Source: Cycas panzhihuaensis (Eukaryota > Plantae > Cycadophyta). From it: a stretch of DNA of 64,000 bases. The notes under the pieces are model-generated. The model made no database searches and had not been told where the DNA came from. It was given only the letters and a program-made list of their open reading frames with translations. A program made the position numbers and the translations under genes. How positions within the stretch are numbered: the stretch's first letter is position 1; each line of letters begins with the position of its first letter. Of the stretch, positions 37,410-50,614 are shown piece by piece. The stretch covers positions 211,489,741 to 211,553,740 of the forward strand of contig CM041465.1 of the NCBI GenBank assembly GCA_023213395.1. The letters are read 5' to 3'.

Positions 37410-39800
37410 GACCCTATTCATAATATAATATAATATGGATGACTTTTGCTTAGGGAGTTATGGTCATCACAAAATTTGTGTGATATGAGATAAATTGTTT
37501 AAAAGAAAGTGCATCTTGAAAGTGATATAAATAATCTATATTTATAAACAATTGAGTACAAATTTCATATAAATTATGGAAAGTTATATAAAGCATAGAT
37601 TTATTATAATTATGTATAAAAGTCTTATAAAATCGATAACTTATGGAAAAAGAATTACATCTTGAAAGTTAATGAAAAATTAGTTCATGTTAATAATATT
37701 AGCTAAAAATAATATAATATGATGACTTACGCAAGGATTGTGGTTGTTGTAAAATTCATGTAATGTGAGATAAATTGTTGAAAAAAAGTGCATCTTGAAA
37801 GTGATATAATATGCTTATATTTGTAAGTAATTAAGTACCAATGTTATATAAATTGTGGAAAGTTACATAAAGTCTATGTTTATTAGTAATTAACTACAAA
37901 AGTCTTATAAAATTAGATGAATCATGGGAAAGATGTGCATCCTGGAACCTAATGAAAAACTAGTTCATATTAACAATTAATTAGTTTAACATAATATAAT
38001 ATGGATGATTTTTACGAAGGAGTTGTGGTTGTTGCAAATTTCATGTAATATGGGATAAATTGTTGAAAGAAAGCGTATGTTAAATGTTAATAAAAAATTA
38101 ATTCATAATAACAATTAATTAGCCAAAAGTAATATAATATAATATGGAAATTTTTTATTAAGAGGTTGTGGTGATTGCAAAAATCATGTAATATATGAGA
38201 TAAATTATTAAAAGAAAATGCAGCTTGAAAGTGATGTAAAAGTCTATATTTATAAGTAATTAGATATAAATATCATATAAATTGTGAAAAGTTATATGAA
38301 GTTTATGTTTATTATTAATTACTTATAAAAATCTTATAAAATTAAATGAATTCTGAAAAAGAAATGCATCTTGAAGTTAATAAAAAATTAGTTCATGTTA
38401 ACAATTATTTAGCTAAAAATAATATAATATAATATAGATGATTTTTGCCAAGAGGCTATGGTCAACGCAAAAGTCATGTAATATATAAAATAAATTATTA
38501 AAAGAACGTGCATTTTGAAAATCATGTAAAGAGTCTATATTTACAAGTAATTTGGTATAAATGTCACATAAATTATAGAAAGTCATATAAAGTCTATGTT
38601 TATTACTAATTACTTACGAAAGTCTTATAAAGTTAGATGAATTGTGGAAAAGAATTATATCTTGAAAGTCAATGCAAAATTAATTCATGTTAACAATTAA
38701 TTAGTCAACATTAAAATAATATAATATGGACGATTTTTGTAAAGGGGTTGTGGTCATTGTAAAAGTCATATAATATGAGATAAATTGTTGAAAGAAAATG
38801 CATCTTCAAAGTGATATAAAAAGCCTACATTTATAAGTAATTAGGTACAAATGTCATATAAATTATGGAAAATTATATAAAGTCTATGTTTATTACTAAT
38901 TACCTAGAAAAGTCTTATAAAATTAAATGATTTATGGAAAAGAAGTGCATGTTTGAAGTTAATGAAAATTAGTTAATTAATTTAACAATTAATTAGCTAA
39001 AAATAATAGAATATAATATGGACTATTTTTGCCAAGGAGTTGTGGATGTGCAAAAGTCATGTAGTATGAGATACATTGTTAGAAAAAAATGTATCTAAAA
39101 AGTGATGTAAAGAGTTTATATTTATAAGTAATTCAGTACAAATACCATAAAAATTGTTGAAAGTTCTATAAAGTCTATGTTTATTACTAACTACCTACAA
39201 AAGTCTTATAAAATCAGAGAAATTGTGGAAAAGAATTACATCTTGAAAGTTAATGAAAAAATAGTTTGTTCTAACAATTAACTAGCCAAAATTAATATAA
39301 TATAATATGAATGATTTTTGCTAAAGAATTACCGTGATTACAAAAGTCACATGATACGAAATAAATTATTGATAGAAAACACATCTTGAAAGTGATATAA
39401 AAAGCCTATATTTATAAGTAATTGAGTAGAAATGCCATAAAAATTATATAAAATCTATGTTTATTATTACTAATTGGTTACAAAAGTCTTATAAAATATT
39501 CCTATTAAAAGGTGCGTAAGGACAACTTGTATGAACTACCTAAGTTTTTCTAATGGCTTATGAATTATAAAAGAAGATGCATCATGAAAATTAATCAAAA
39601 TTAATTCATGTTAACAATTAATTAGTTAAAAATAATATAATATAAACATGTTTTTATTAAAGAGACTTTAATAGTTGCAAAAGTCATGTAATATAAAATT
39701 GTATGATATAAAGAGTCTATATTTATAACTGATTGAGTATCAAAGTTATATAGAGTATATGTTTATTACTAATTACCTACAAAATTCTTATAAAATCAAA
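37410..39800. repeat. AT-rich tandem satellite, ~290-bp unit built from two ~145-bp subunits, about 8 units
   Basis: The marker gcatcttgaaagtgat recurs at about 37511, 37790, 38220, 38510, 38800, 39090 and 39382. A related acatcttgaaagttaatgaaaaa motif lies midway between markers. One half-unit sits at ~37990-38130. Confidence 0.9.
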
Positions 39801-39871
39801 AATTTTGTGTGTGTTCTCAGATCGAGAAGGAGAAAATCATTCGGAGGCATTCAAATTGAGTGATTGGCAAG

Positions 39872-42800
39872 ATGGATCTGCTGAAATTGAAACTGTTGTT
39901 TCTTCTATTCACCTTTGCAATTCCTTTTCGTCCTCATCGCCTCCATCTCATCCGCATGACCATCCCCACCTCAACAACGCTACCGATCAACACTCTCTTT
40001 TGCAATTCAAGGCCTCCATCTTTTACGACCCCCAAAATGTATTGCTCCACTGGAATCCCAATCGCACTGCATTTTGCAATTGGACCGGAGTTACTTGCAG
40101 CCCAAGGAGGGACAGGGTGGTGCTTCTCAACCTCGCAGATATGGCTCTCAAGGTTATCTCTCTCCTTTCCTCGCCAATTTGTCATTTCTTCGTCAATTAC
40201 GGCTTCGCAATAATAGTTTTTATGGAGATATTCCGCCAGAATTTGGGCACCTTCGTCGGTTGAGAAAGCTTTTCCTTTCGTATAACCCTCTGAGCGGACG
40301 CATTCCCTCTGAACTCGGCCTCCTCACCAATCTAGAGGTTCTTGCGTTGAGATCAAATAGCCAGACAGGTACCATTCCCTCTTCCTTGGCCAACATCTCG
40401 TCCTTGACTCATTTGGAATTGGGTACAAACAATTTGTCCGGCGTCATCTCCCCTGCATTCGGAACACTCGCCCACTTGAAAGTGTTCCACATAGTGCAAA
40501 GCCGAGTGTCAGGGAGCATTCCCTCTTCGTTGGCAAATATCTCCACTTTGATTGACTTGGATCTTCGTTCAAATCACCTCAGCGGTGTCATTCCTCCTGA
40601 ATTCGGTCGTCTTACAAATCTCAACTCGCTTACCTTGTACCAAAACTACTTGGGAGGATCAATTCCTTCTTCCCTATCCAACTGCACCTCTCTCAAAATT
40701 CTGTCTTTAGCACAAAACGATTTAGTTGGACGCATTCCATCGGAGTTGGGTCACAATTTAATTGGCCCCAACCTTCAAGAAGTTTATCTGTCGACAAATC
40801 GGCTGAGTGGCAACATTCCAAACTCTTTTGGCAATTGTTCCCAACTCACAATACTTGAGCTATCCCACAATCAGCTGAGCGGGATGGTGCCAATAGAGCT
40901 GGGTAAGTCGACTCTCCTTCAATGGCTTTCTTTGTGGGAAATCAACTTGTTAGTGGAAGCGGTACCGAATGGCCCTTTCTTACACATCTCACCAATTGCT
41001 CCCTCTTACAACTGTTAGATTTGGACCAGAATCGACTGACTGGCGTTTTGCCTTCTGTTATAGGCCAGTTTTCTACCAAACTCTCCTCCCTAGGCTTAGG
41101 ACACAACTTTATAGGAGGAACAATACCCCAGCAGATTGGCAATCTAACCAACTTGACATTCCTGGCTTTGGATCACAATCTCTTCAGCGGCAGCATTCCA
41201 TCGGAATTCAAAAGACTCCAGAAGCTGGAAAGATTGGATTTGAGCGACAACAAATTAGAAGGAGCATCCCCAGCGAGATGGGTGAACTACAAAGCTTAGG
41301 ACTCTTGTCGCTCGAAGAAAACGTTCTCTCTGGACCAATTCCCCCTTCTCTTGGCCATCTCCAGCAGCTCAGAAGGCTTAATCTTTCGAAAAACCAATTA
41401 TCAGGAAACATACCTGCAGCTCTTGGCAACTGTTGGCGTCTGGAACTGCTCGACCTGTCCTACAACAGACTTCATGGAAACATACCGCCAGAGGTTGCGG
41501 GTCTACAAAATCTACTATTCTATTTCAACCTCTCAAGCAATTCCCTCCAAGGCTCCCTCCCCCCCGAGATTGGTAAAATGGTAATGACTCAAGCCATAGA
41601 CATCTCTGCCAATCGGCTGTCTGAATTCATTCCAACCACACTTGGAAGCTGCGCAGCGTTAGAGTACCTGAATCTATCTCATAATGCGTTGCAAGGTCCA
41701 ACTCCACTTTCACTCGGAAATATAAAAGGTCTCCGAGACATGGATCTCTCTTCCAACAAGCTGTGGGTACAATACCAAAGTCTCTGGAGAAACTCCATAT
41801 GCTTACGCACTTGAATTTCTCGTACAACAACCTCACTGGAGAAGTTCCAAAAGGAGGAATTTTGCAAATTTTAGTAATGCATCATTTATGGGAAATCCCA
41901 GACTCTGTGCACCATGGATACGCTTGCCTGTCTGTACCAATTCCACCCCTTTGAAACAAACAGGGCATTCATCTCTCAAAAGAGTAATACTACCAATTGC
42001 AAGCGTTGGTGTTTTTATTCTCTGCTGTTTACTCACAGGATTGTTTTGGAGCAGGAAGAGTCTACCTCTCCCAAAAACCTTTGCATTAAAACAGGAGCTC
42101 CCTATTATTTCGTATCAACAAATTACCGAAGCGACTAACGGATTTAGCGTGGGCAACCTGCTTGGAGTCGGTAGTTTTGGATCAGTCTATAAAGGGATTT
42201 TAGGGGATGGCACAACGATTGCAGTCAAGGTTTTTAATTTGCAGGATGAAGAGCGCAATGGAAGTTTCAAAAAGGAATGCGAAGTATTGAGGAGAGTTCG
42301 TCACCGGAACCTTGTTAGAATTGTGACCTCGTGTTCCACCCTTAATTTCAGAGCGTTGGTCCTTCAATTCATGGCAAAGGGAAGCTTGGAAAAGAATCTG
42401 TATCCTGATGATACGAACGAAGGTGAAGATGGAAACGCTTGTTCATTGAACTTGCTCAACCGATTGAACATTTCCATAGACGTAGCCCACGGCATGCAAT
42501 ACCTGCATCATGATTGCCATGTTCGAGTTCTGCATTGCGATCTAAAGCCGAGCAACGTGCTTTTAGATGACGACATGACAGCACACATTACCGATTTTGG
42601 CCTGACTCGAATTATTTGTCCCACCTCTGAGGATTCCTTCACTTCAACACTGCGAGGATCCATCGGGTACATCGCCCCAGGTTTGGTTTTTCGGTTCAAA
42701 TCATCAAAATGCTATCTCTCTTTTTTCCCTCGTGTATTTCATAAGTAGAATGAAACTTTAAAGATGATGGCTTGAATACAGAGTACGGATTAGGAGGAAG

Positions 42801-43245
42801 GGCTTCAACGAAGGGGGATGTTTACAGCTATGGCATTCTGTTATTGGAGATGCTGACCAGAAGAAGGCCCAGCAGTGACATGTTTGTAGGAGGACTGGAC
42901 CTGCACAAGTGGGTGAGCATGGCATTTCCTGAGAGATTGCTGGATGTTATCGACGGTAGCCTCCTGACAGACGTGAGTGAGGAAGGAATAGACGGGCATA
43001 ACGTGCACAAATGTCTTAGGAAACTCATACTCGTGGGTTTGTTGTGCACAAAACAATCACCTGAAGAAAGACCAAATATGAGAGATGTGGCGGGACTGTT
43101 GGAGAGTATCAGAGCAACATTTCTTGGAGTAACAAATAGAGGGGCTTTCAATTTACCGGCAGATATATCGTCCTTGTTAGATAGTAGAACTGTAAGACAG
43201 AACAATGGAGGAGCATCTGATAGCCAAACTTCCTCCACACAGTAG
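39872..43245 (+). CDS. LRR receptor-like kinase, subfamily XII (FLS2/EFR/Xa21-like, non-RD). Exon 1 39872-42680, intron 42681-42781, exon 2 42782-43245. Frameshifted as assembled.
   Basis: Signal peptide MDLLKLKLLFLLFTFAIPF and LRR N-cap (TDQHSLLQFK...FCNWTGVTC). About 20 or more LxxLxLxxNxLSGxIP repeats, then GNPRLC cap and TM (VILPIASVGVFILCCLLTGLFW). Kinase GVGSFGSVYKG, AVKVF, HCDLKPSN, DFG, GSIGYIAP|EYG with the conserved GT-AG intron. Six -1 frameshifts in exon 1 and no nonsense codons along the restored reading path. Confidence 0.93.
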
Positions 43246-43658
43246 TTCATGTGTAGGAAACATCAAATCCATTTTCCCATACTGCTGCTGCGTGAAACAG
43301 AACTGGCACAATTATCTGCTGTTGTGATAATGTAAGATCCCGCTCTGTTTTATGTGATCTCACCCAGGAAATATCACAAGAAATTATCATCTATATTGGT
43401 TGATGCATCCACGCAATCCTTTTGGATCGGTATTTGTTACATCTAAGCGCATTAATTAGTTTATAAAACTAAGGCTATGCAGTTATATCTCTTAACAGAC
43501 ACCACAAAATAGTTATTCATCAGTCGACCGTAGGAGCAGCGAAAGTAGACTGCAATCGACTGTGGGAGCAGGGGGCTGCATAGTTTTCAAAGTTTACAAA
43601 ATGAACATGCTACAATAAGAAATATTAAATTTACTAACAATAACAACGAACGAGTGGC

Positions 43659-43740
43659 TGGAGAAGGCTAAAATAAAATAAAATTATAGGCATTGAGTTG
43701 GAGAAGGCTAAAATAAAATAAAATTATAGGCATTGAGTTG
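43659..43740. repeat. Perfect 40-bp tandem duplication
   Basis: gagaaggctaaaataaaataaaattataggcattgagttg occurs twice (43661-43700, 43701-43740). Confidence 0.95.
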
Positions 43741-43937
43741 AGCAATCTACGTTAGGGCTGTTCGACATTCCAACGAGTCTTGTGTACAACAAGAAGGTGA
43801 AGCAGTAGTAGAAATTCTAAGGGTTTCTATGGCCAAGTCTAATGCTTTTGTCAAGTAGAAAATACCTTAAATATGATCTTACATAAATTATGATTACAAA
43901 TTTATGCTATGATCATTGTTTCAAAGTGTGCACCTTC

Positions 43938-44212
43938 TAAATCCTTGTTGGGGTGAAATTTGGGATATTGTGCTCACAAAAGATTCACTATATGCTCGGT
44001 AAGAGTGAACCCCTTGTAAATCTTTGTTGAGGTGAGATTTGGGATATTGTGCTCATGAAAGATTCACTATATGCTTGGTAAAAGTGAACCCCTTGTAAAT
44101 CTTTGTTGAGGTGAAATTTGGGATATTGTGCTCATGAAAGATTCACTATATGCTTGGTAAGGGTGAACCCCTAATCTCTCAATATGCTTGGTAAGAGTGA
44201 ACTCCTAATCTC
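43938..44212. repeat. 79-bp tandem repeat x3 plus a partial ~30-bp repeat
   Basis: tgggatattgtgctca at 43961, 44040 and 44119. Confidence 0.92.
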
Positions 44213-44899
44213 AACACATAAAGTCACATGAGTTGGAATTTACTTAGGAGGACTTCCACATTTTTTCAAGGATCACTTAGATAAGAAGCCCTCCTAAAAA
44301 ACCACAAAATTACTCTCCCTAAAAATTATCTTCACACACTATTGTCTCTATGATATCAATTACACCCTTTAACAATAAGAGATGTGGAGAGTGAAAGGTG
44401 TCATGATATGACAAGCAATCCATTTGCTCTCTAGAGGGCTTTGGCATTACAAAAAGGGAAAAATATAAAAATAGCTTCTAAATGATAAGATCAGTTTATT
44501 ACTCTTTTAGATTGTATACATTTTTTTAGTATTTTATATAAATTAAGAAATAAAATAGAATTAAACTTGAAATTAGAGTTTTAAAAATTATTCAACCCCT
44601 AATGACATCTTCATGGGATTAATTTAAGATTTATATCACTTCATATTGTAATGCATATCTTCCTAGACTGTTATTAATCACATATTAAATAGTGCTCTAT
44701 AGACAAACTAGAATGGTACAATTCTCTTAACCCAATTATATTATACTAGGTGGAATGGTTCTAATAACTATATGTTTTGTAATTATTGAACACCATTCTA
44801 GAATTATATCTACATTAAATATTTTGTTATACAAAAAAAATAACATTTATATTATGCTTTTGTGGTTTTTTCAATATATGAAATCTAATCAAGAATAAC

Positions 44900-46362
44900 A
44901 TGGGCTTCTTTTGGTTTGACCATGACTCTTAAAATAACAATAGCCATTTATTTGTCCTCTCTTATAACAATGATTTGTTCAAGAGGTCTATCAATTCTTG
45001 ATAATCCACAAAATGATTAAAAATGTTGCCTAGTAAGTAATGCTTAAATTTTTGGAGGGCATGGATTATATCCAAACCTCCATTTGTTGTCATCATATAA
45101 TTATATGCAATTATAGTTAAGTTTTTATCTGGAAAGTATTATGGATAGTTTACATTTTTATTTATAAACTAGGTTGTAATATATCCAATAACATTTAAGA
45201 ATGCATCAACATAGACATATTTTTTTCCCTTTTCTTGTCAATTGAAAAATTTCAATGTTGTCATTTGGTTAATTTTAAGTTTTAATACATTGTACATTGA
45301 ACACCATTTACTTATTTGTCCCCCATGTCAAGGGCATATCTTGACTTGAGAGTTTCTCCATTGGTAGTCAAAGTCGAGCATTGTCTTTAATAATTTTTTG
45401 ATAATAACTTATCATCTATAACAATTCTTAATTTGTTTTAGAGTAATTGAAATTATGAACAATGTAATTAATTTCACTTGTGCCATATTTGTTACTAACC
45501 CTTATTTTCCAAAAATGTGACTTAATAAAATTCCAAATGGTACCATAGATTTGTATATTAGAGGGTTAAGATATAATTTATGTATTTTTCACAATCTTTT
45601 GTAATGGCTCTTAGGTTTCTCAAATGATTATTCATTAAACTATATAGTGCCCAAATATCAAGTAAACCTTTAACCTTTGTATCAATTGCCTTTTTACATA
45701 TATATAACATAAATTTATGAAATGATGTTGGGGCATTCATTAATCAAAATGGCATTTTTCAGTAAGCATGTGTTCCTCATACTATCAAATGTGTGTATTT
45801 TTATTAATCTTTTGGGGATAATTTTAACCCAATTATAACCACTAAGACACTTGTAAAAACACCCACTTTAGAATCAACGACTCTCAAAGGCATATTTAGT
45901 TAATGATGTTGAAAATAGGTCTTTCTTATTGATTTCGTTAGTGGTCAAATATCAAAACAAATACATACTTTTCCAATTTTTTTTTTCAGCACCATCAATA
46001 GTCTCATACACTAGTATTACCAACCTTGTAAATGTAATTTAATGGAAACATCTTATCTAACTCTATCTTTACTTAATCCTTAACCATAAGATTCTTCTAG
46101 GGAAGCCTTTGTTATACTAATTTTGCACCTTCCCCTAATTTTATCTTCTATACTCCAAACTTTAGTGGAATTCCTTGGCTCTGCAAGTCCCACAAATATA
46201 TTTGTTTCATGTGAATAATATTGAAGCCCTTTTGATAATGGTTGTATACTAATAATTGCCCATGTTTATATTTTGGGGTTAGATTAATGTCCAAATATTG
46301 ACCTTATAAATCTTGAGTTCTTCATAAATACCCAACTTGTCTTTTTTTCTTATGAGTTGGAG
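44900..46362 (-). mobile_element. Highly decayed Ty3/gypsy RT remnant, host sequence of the LINE insertion
   Basis: Minus-strand KMPF*LMNAPTSFHKFM (~45710-45760), equivalent to MPFGLxNAPxTFQR, and CLSGYNWVKI (~45820-45850). Confidence 0.65.
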
Positions 46363-46589
46363 TCTCATTATTTACTCTTTTTTTTTGATATGGTAAAAAA
46401 TTTACATTATAGGGGTTTTATCTGGATCCCCAAAACACCGACATCACATAGTAAAGCATATCGGATCGACCACGATGGCCCGTGGTCTAGCCCAAAACTA
46501 TCTCCAATGCACCTCAAGAAGCCTCAATTATGAGCTTCACACCTTACCGGACTCAAGAATTCCTCCGGAAAGTCCCTCTCCACACCTTA

Positions 46590-49500
46590 GTACTCTTATT
46601 TACCACCCCAATTAGCTAACCAATCCACGCCCTATTCCCTTCCCTAAACGTATGATGGTATCAACATCAACCATGGATCTCAATATATCCCGAGCATCCC
46701 CGAATATATCCTCATTGTTCCACCCAGAATGCCTTCCCTTTCAAACAATTGATGACATACATAGAATCCTTCAATGATCACCTTGGGCTCCATCCCCGTC
46801 CGTAAGAGTAATCGCCTCATCATGGCCCTCACCTCGTGATCTGGTTCGTATGGATACCCATGTACTCCGAAGGCCCACCTCATGTTGCCCTCGTGATCCC
46901 TAAGAAGACCACCACCACCCGCCTCCCGGGTTGCCTTTGGGCTGCTCCATCAAAGTTCACCTTTCCCCATTCGTGATCCGGAGGATGCCATTTAACATCC
47001 CTACGCCTTTCCTGGTCCTCCTCCGGGAGCAATACCCCAATTATCCAAGAGACCCGGCTTCCCCGGTGGAATCATCCTTCTAGGCACCACCAAAGGCATC
47101 TCTAGAATGCCCTTTCTCGATCTCCCTAATAGAGTCCCACCGTCCTTCTCTCTACCCTCAAAGATCCTCCTCACATGTTCTTTCCGGATGTACCAAGATC
47201 CCACCGGAGCAACATCCTCCACAATCTTATAAGGGTTTTACTTCTAAAGGGGGTTCGGGCAATCCATCGATCAAGAAGGGACTTAGAAGATACCCGTGAT
47301 GACCCATTCCATCCAAAAATTACTCCAAATTTCCAAAAGGGACAATGGATCTTGAGATGATCCAGGTTTCAAGATCCCTTTTACAAAGCACACATCTATT
47401 AGCCAATTGAAAGCCCCTTTTGAAAGATTATCTAGAGTGAGAATTTTGTTCTCAAGGCACCACCAAAAAGCGGTATCTTTGGGAGGATGCCTAACTTCCG
47501 GACCCGGTAACACATCATTCCTGACCCAACCTTCCTTGCTTAATCTGAGATTGTAACCTTCCTTAACCGAATACGAACCCGACGCAAGGCGGACCATACC
47601 AACTTGTCGCCCGGACTTTATCGAATATACCGATTCCTTAATATCTCCCCAATTCTTTGAATCTCGTCTTCAAAGCCGCTCAGATCCTCAAAGGATCTCC
47701 ATCTCCTCTCCTTGCCTTGCCCTATCCAATAATCTTTCACCATCCCACCATAACGGGCTACACATGCCCTCTTCATATCACCCATGTTAGGTAGCTCCTC
47801 TAATTTGGAGTGCCCGCACCATCTATCCTCCCAAAATTTAATGCTTCCTCCATCCCCCAACTTCCATCTGACACCTTCCAAGAGAGAGACCTCACGACCT
47901 AATCGCCTTCCAAATCGGGATCCCACCGCAAAGCCCCTCGTCCAATGTAAAATGGAAGTCCCCATATACTTCCCGGCGAATTCTCCCCACACCGCATCGG
48001 GTTTCTTTCAATAGTCTCCACCCCAACTCGCTAAGAGGGCCTCGTTGAAGAACCCCGCCTCCCGAGCTGAGGCCCCGCCCACTTAGGTTTCAGACCTTCT
48101 CCCATGAAACTAGATGGAGTCGCCTTTTATCTTGGACCCGGACCAAAGGAATCTTTTCATAATCCCTCCAATGTGGAAATAATCTTGCTAGGCATCTTAA
48201 AAGCGTCATATGATAAACTGGAACACTGCAAAGAAGCCACAACAAGTTGGATCTTCCCCGCCTAACCGAGAAGAGCCCTTTCCACCCCGCCAACTTCTTA
48301 TTGAATCTACTCACGACGGTGTCCCACAACGATTGTCTCATCTTGCCCACAAATAAGGGCATACCTGTAAGAAACGGAGAGTGCCCTCTCCATCGCCGTA
48401 ATCCCGCTTATTCTTCTCACAGCCTCAAGGTGTTAATAAAGAAGGTGAGCTTTTACCCAAATTTATTTTCGATTTGTAGCCGTTTCATAAGCACGGAGGC
48501 CCATTTTAGAGCCACGGCCTCTGCCGAAGCCTTGCAGAAAAATGTTATCATCGATTTAACCGGTGGAGCACAATATTATCCATATTGGAGGTGGCTTTCG
48601 GACCCTTAAGCCTTCCCAACCTCCGAGCCTCGGAGTAGCCCTACCTAACATTTCGGCCATAATGATGAAGAGAAAGGGGGAGAGGGGATCACCTTGTCTC
48701 AACCCTCTGGACCCACAAAAGAAAGGAGTCGATCTGCCGTTGATCAGCACCGAAAAGGAAACATTAGATACACAACATTTTATCCAATCTCTCCACACCT
48801 CCCCAAATCCAAACGCCTCAAGGCAATCTAGCTGTCAATCCCATGCCACTCTATCATAGGCTTTTGTCATGTCTGTTGATTATCATCCCCGCCTCCTTAC
48901 GATGAAGCGTCGAATGAAGGGTTTCATGGACAATAACAATACCATCTGAAATTTGTCTACCTCTCACAAAACCGTCTTGGTTAGGAGATATAACCCCCGG
49001 AAGCGTCTTCCTCAACCTATTTGCAAGCACTTTAGACAGTATCTTATACTTTACATTACATAGACTTATGGGTCTAAAGTCATCCATGACTTCCACCCCC
49101 TCTCTCTTCGGGATCAAAGCCAAAAATGTAGCTTGCCATTCCTTCAGAATTGTGCGCTTTGAACAAAATTCATTAAGGGCCATCATCAAGTCCCCCTTGA
49201 TAATCTCCCAGAACTCTTGGAAGAAGCCAGGGGGGAAGCCATCTGGGCCAGGCGCCTTATCCCTACCCATCTTGAATACAGCCTTCTCCACCTCCTCCTG
49301 AGAAAAAGGGGCAATCAAAATTTTATTAAGGTCCTCCGAAATCACGCTCGGAATAAGGCGAAGAAGAGCTGCCCTAAGGGCCGGGTCCTGGCACCCTGGC
49401 TCCGTAAAGAGGTCCTTAAAATATTCCATTGCTGTGCCTCCAATCTGATCCTCAGCTTCATAAAGCTCCCCACTTCTGCCACGAATTTTAGAGATCCTGT

Positions 49501-50592
49501 TATAGGTTCTATGTCTCATCGTGGACAAGTGAAAAAACTTGGTGTTTCTATCCCCCTCCCTGAGCCACTGCTCTGGAGTCCTTCCAAAAGATCTCCTCCC
49601 TTTCCAACACCTCCTCGAGTTTCCTGGAGGAAGAAAGTTCCATAGAGCCCAGCTCCTGGGTTCTGCCTTTGATCTGGATCCTGCTCTCAATATCTTTGAG
49701 CTCCCTTATCAGATTACCCTTGTTCTAAAAATGTTCCCAAGACCTCCTGTTCCAGATCTTGATTTGACGTTTGATCCAGTTTAGCTTCTTCGAAAATCTG
49801 TACATAGCACAACCCTGGACCTGGACGCTCCACCACTCTGGATCCTATCCTCAGTCCGGATGCTTCAACCACATTAATTCAAAGCGGAAAGGAGCCCTTT
49901 AGGCAAACGGAGAGGACCCTCCAAGATAAGAGGCGAATGATCCGACCCAAATTTCGCATCGCTTCGATCGACACCTTCAAAATGACAGCTCATTCATAAT
50001 TTATCGAGATCCTATCCATTTTGCATTGGATGTGGTTAGGGCCTAACCTCTTATTAGACCAGTGAACCTAGCTCCACTAAGGGGAACATCCATCAAGCCC
50101 CGCTTGAATGAACACCCCAAGATCATTCATACTTCTCGTCCACCCCTTGCCCCTTTCTTATCATCCTGATTCAATGGAGAATTAAAATCCCCCCACCACC
50201 ACGGACCTCCCCAATCTTTATGGAGCTCCACTAAGCTTCCCATAATCTCCTTCCGCCTCACCGATGAGGGCGATAGACATTTGTGATCCAATACTCCTTA
50301 TTGGATAGGAGATTAACCAAACCAATGGTTATGAAGTGCTCAGTCTTACACACCTCATAGCCTCTCCATCTCCTAGGGTTCCAAAGAGAGGCCACACCCC
50401 CGACCCACCCAAACCCGCACTTGTCAATCTCGCCCCTACTCCAAACCTTATTGAGTACTTTAGTCTCCCTCGATCGCTCAATTTAGTTTCTGCAAAAGAA
50501 TAAGGTCCGTCTCTTCCCTGAACCTTAAATCTTTGACCATTCTACGCTCAAGGGGTATTTAACCCCCTAATATTCCACGATAAAATTTTCAT
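46590..50592 (-). CDS. LINE ORF2: AP endonuclease, reverse transcriptase, zf-RVT, RNase H (frameshifted)
   Basis: Start [10 protein letters not shown] at 50592. Motifs [43 protein letters not shown] and IKFWEDRW. RNase H KVNFDGA..GNPG at ~46925-46965. The 3' end is approximate. Confidence 0.9.
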
Positions 50593-50614
50593 CTGGATTC
50601 CGCTTCATCCTCTC

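Noticed and set aside
37410-39800. Regularly spaced repeats as a possible CRISPR-like array
   Set aside because: The units are homologous along their whole length with no unique spacers, there are no cas genes, and the context is eukaryotic.
39934-43250. Antisense and alternate-frame ORFs over the RLK (e.g. 42828-43250 minus, 41208-41429 minus)
   Set aside because: They are shadow ORFs of a coding region and have no domain features.
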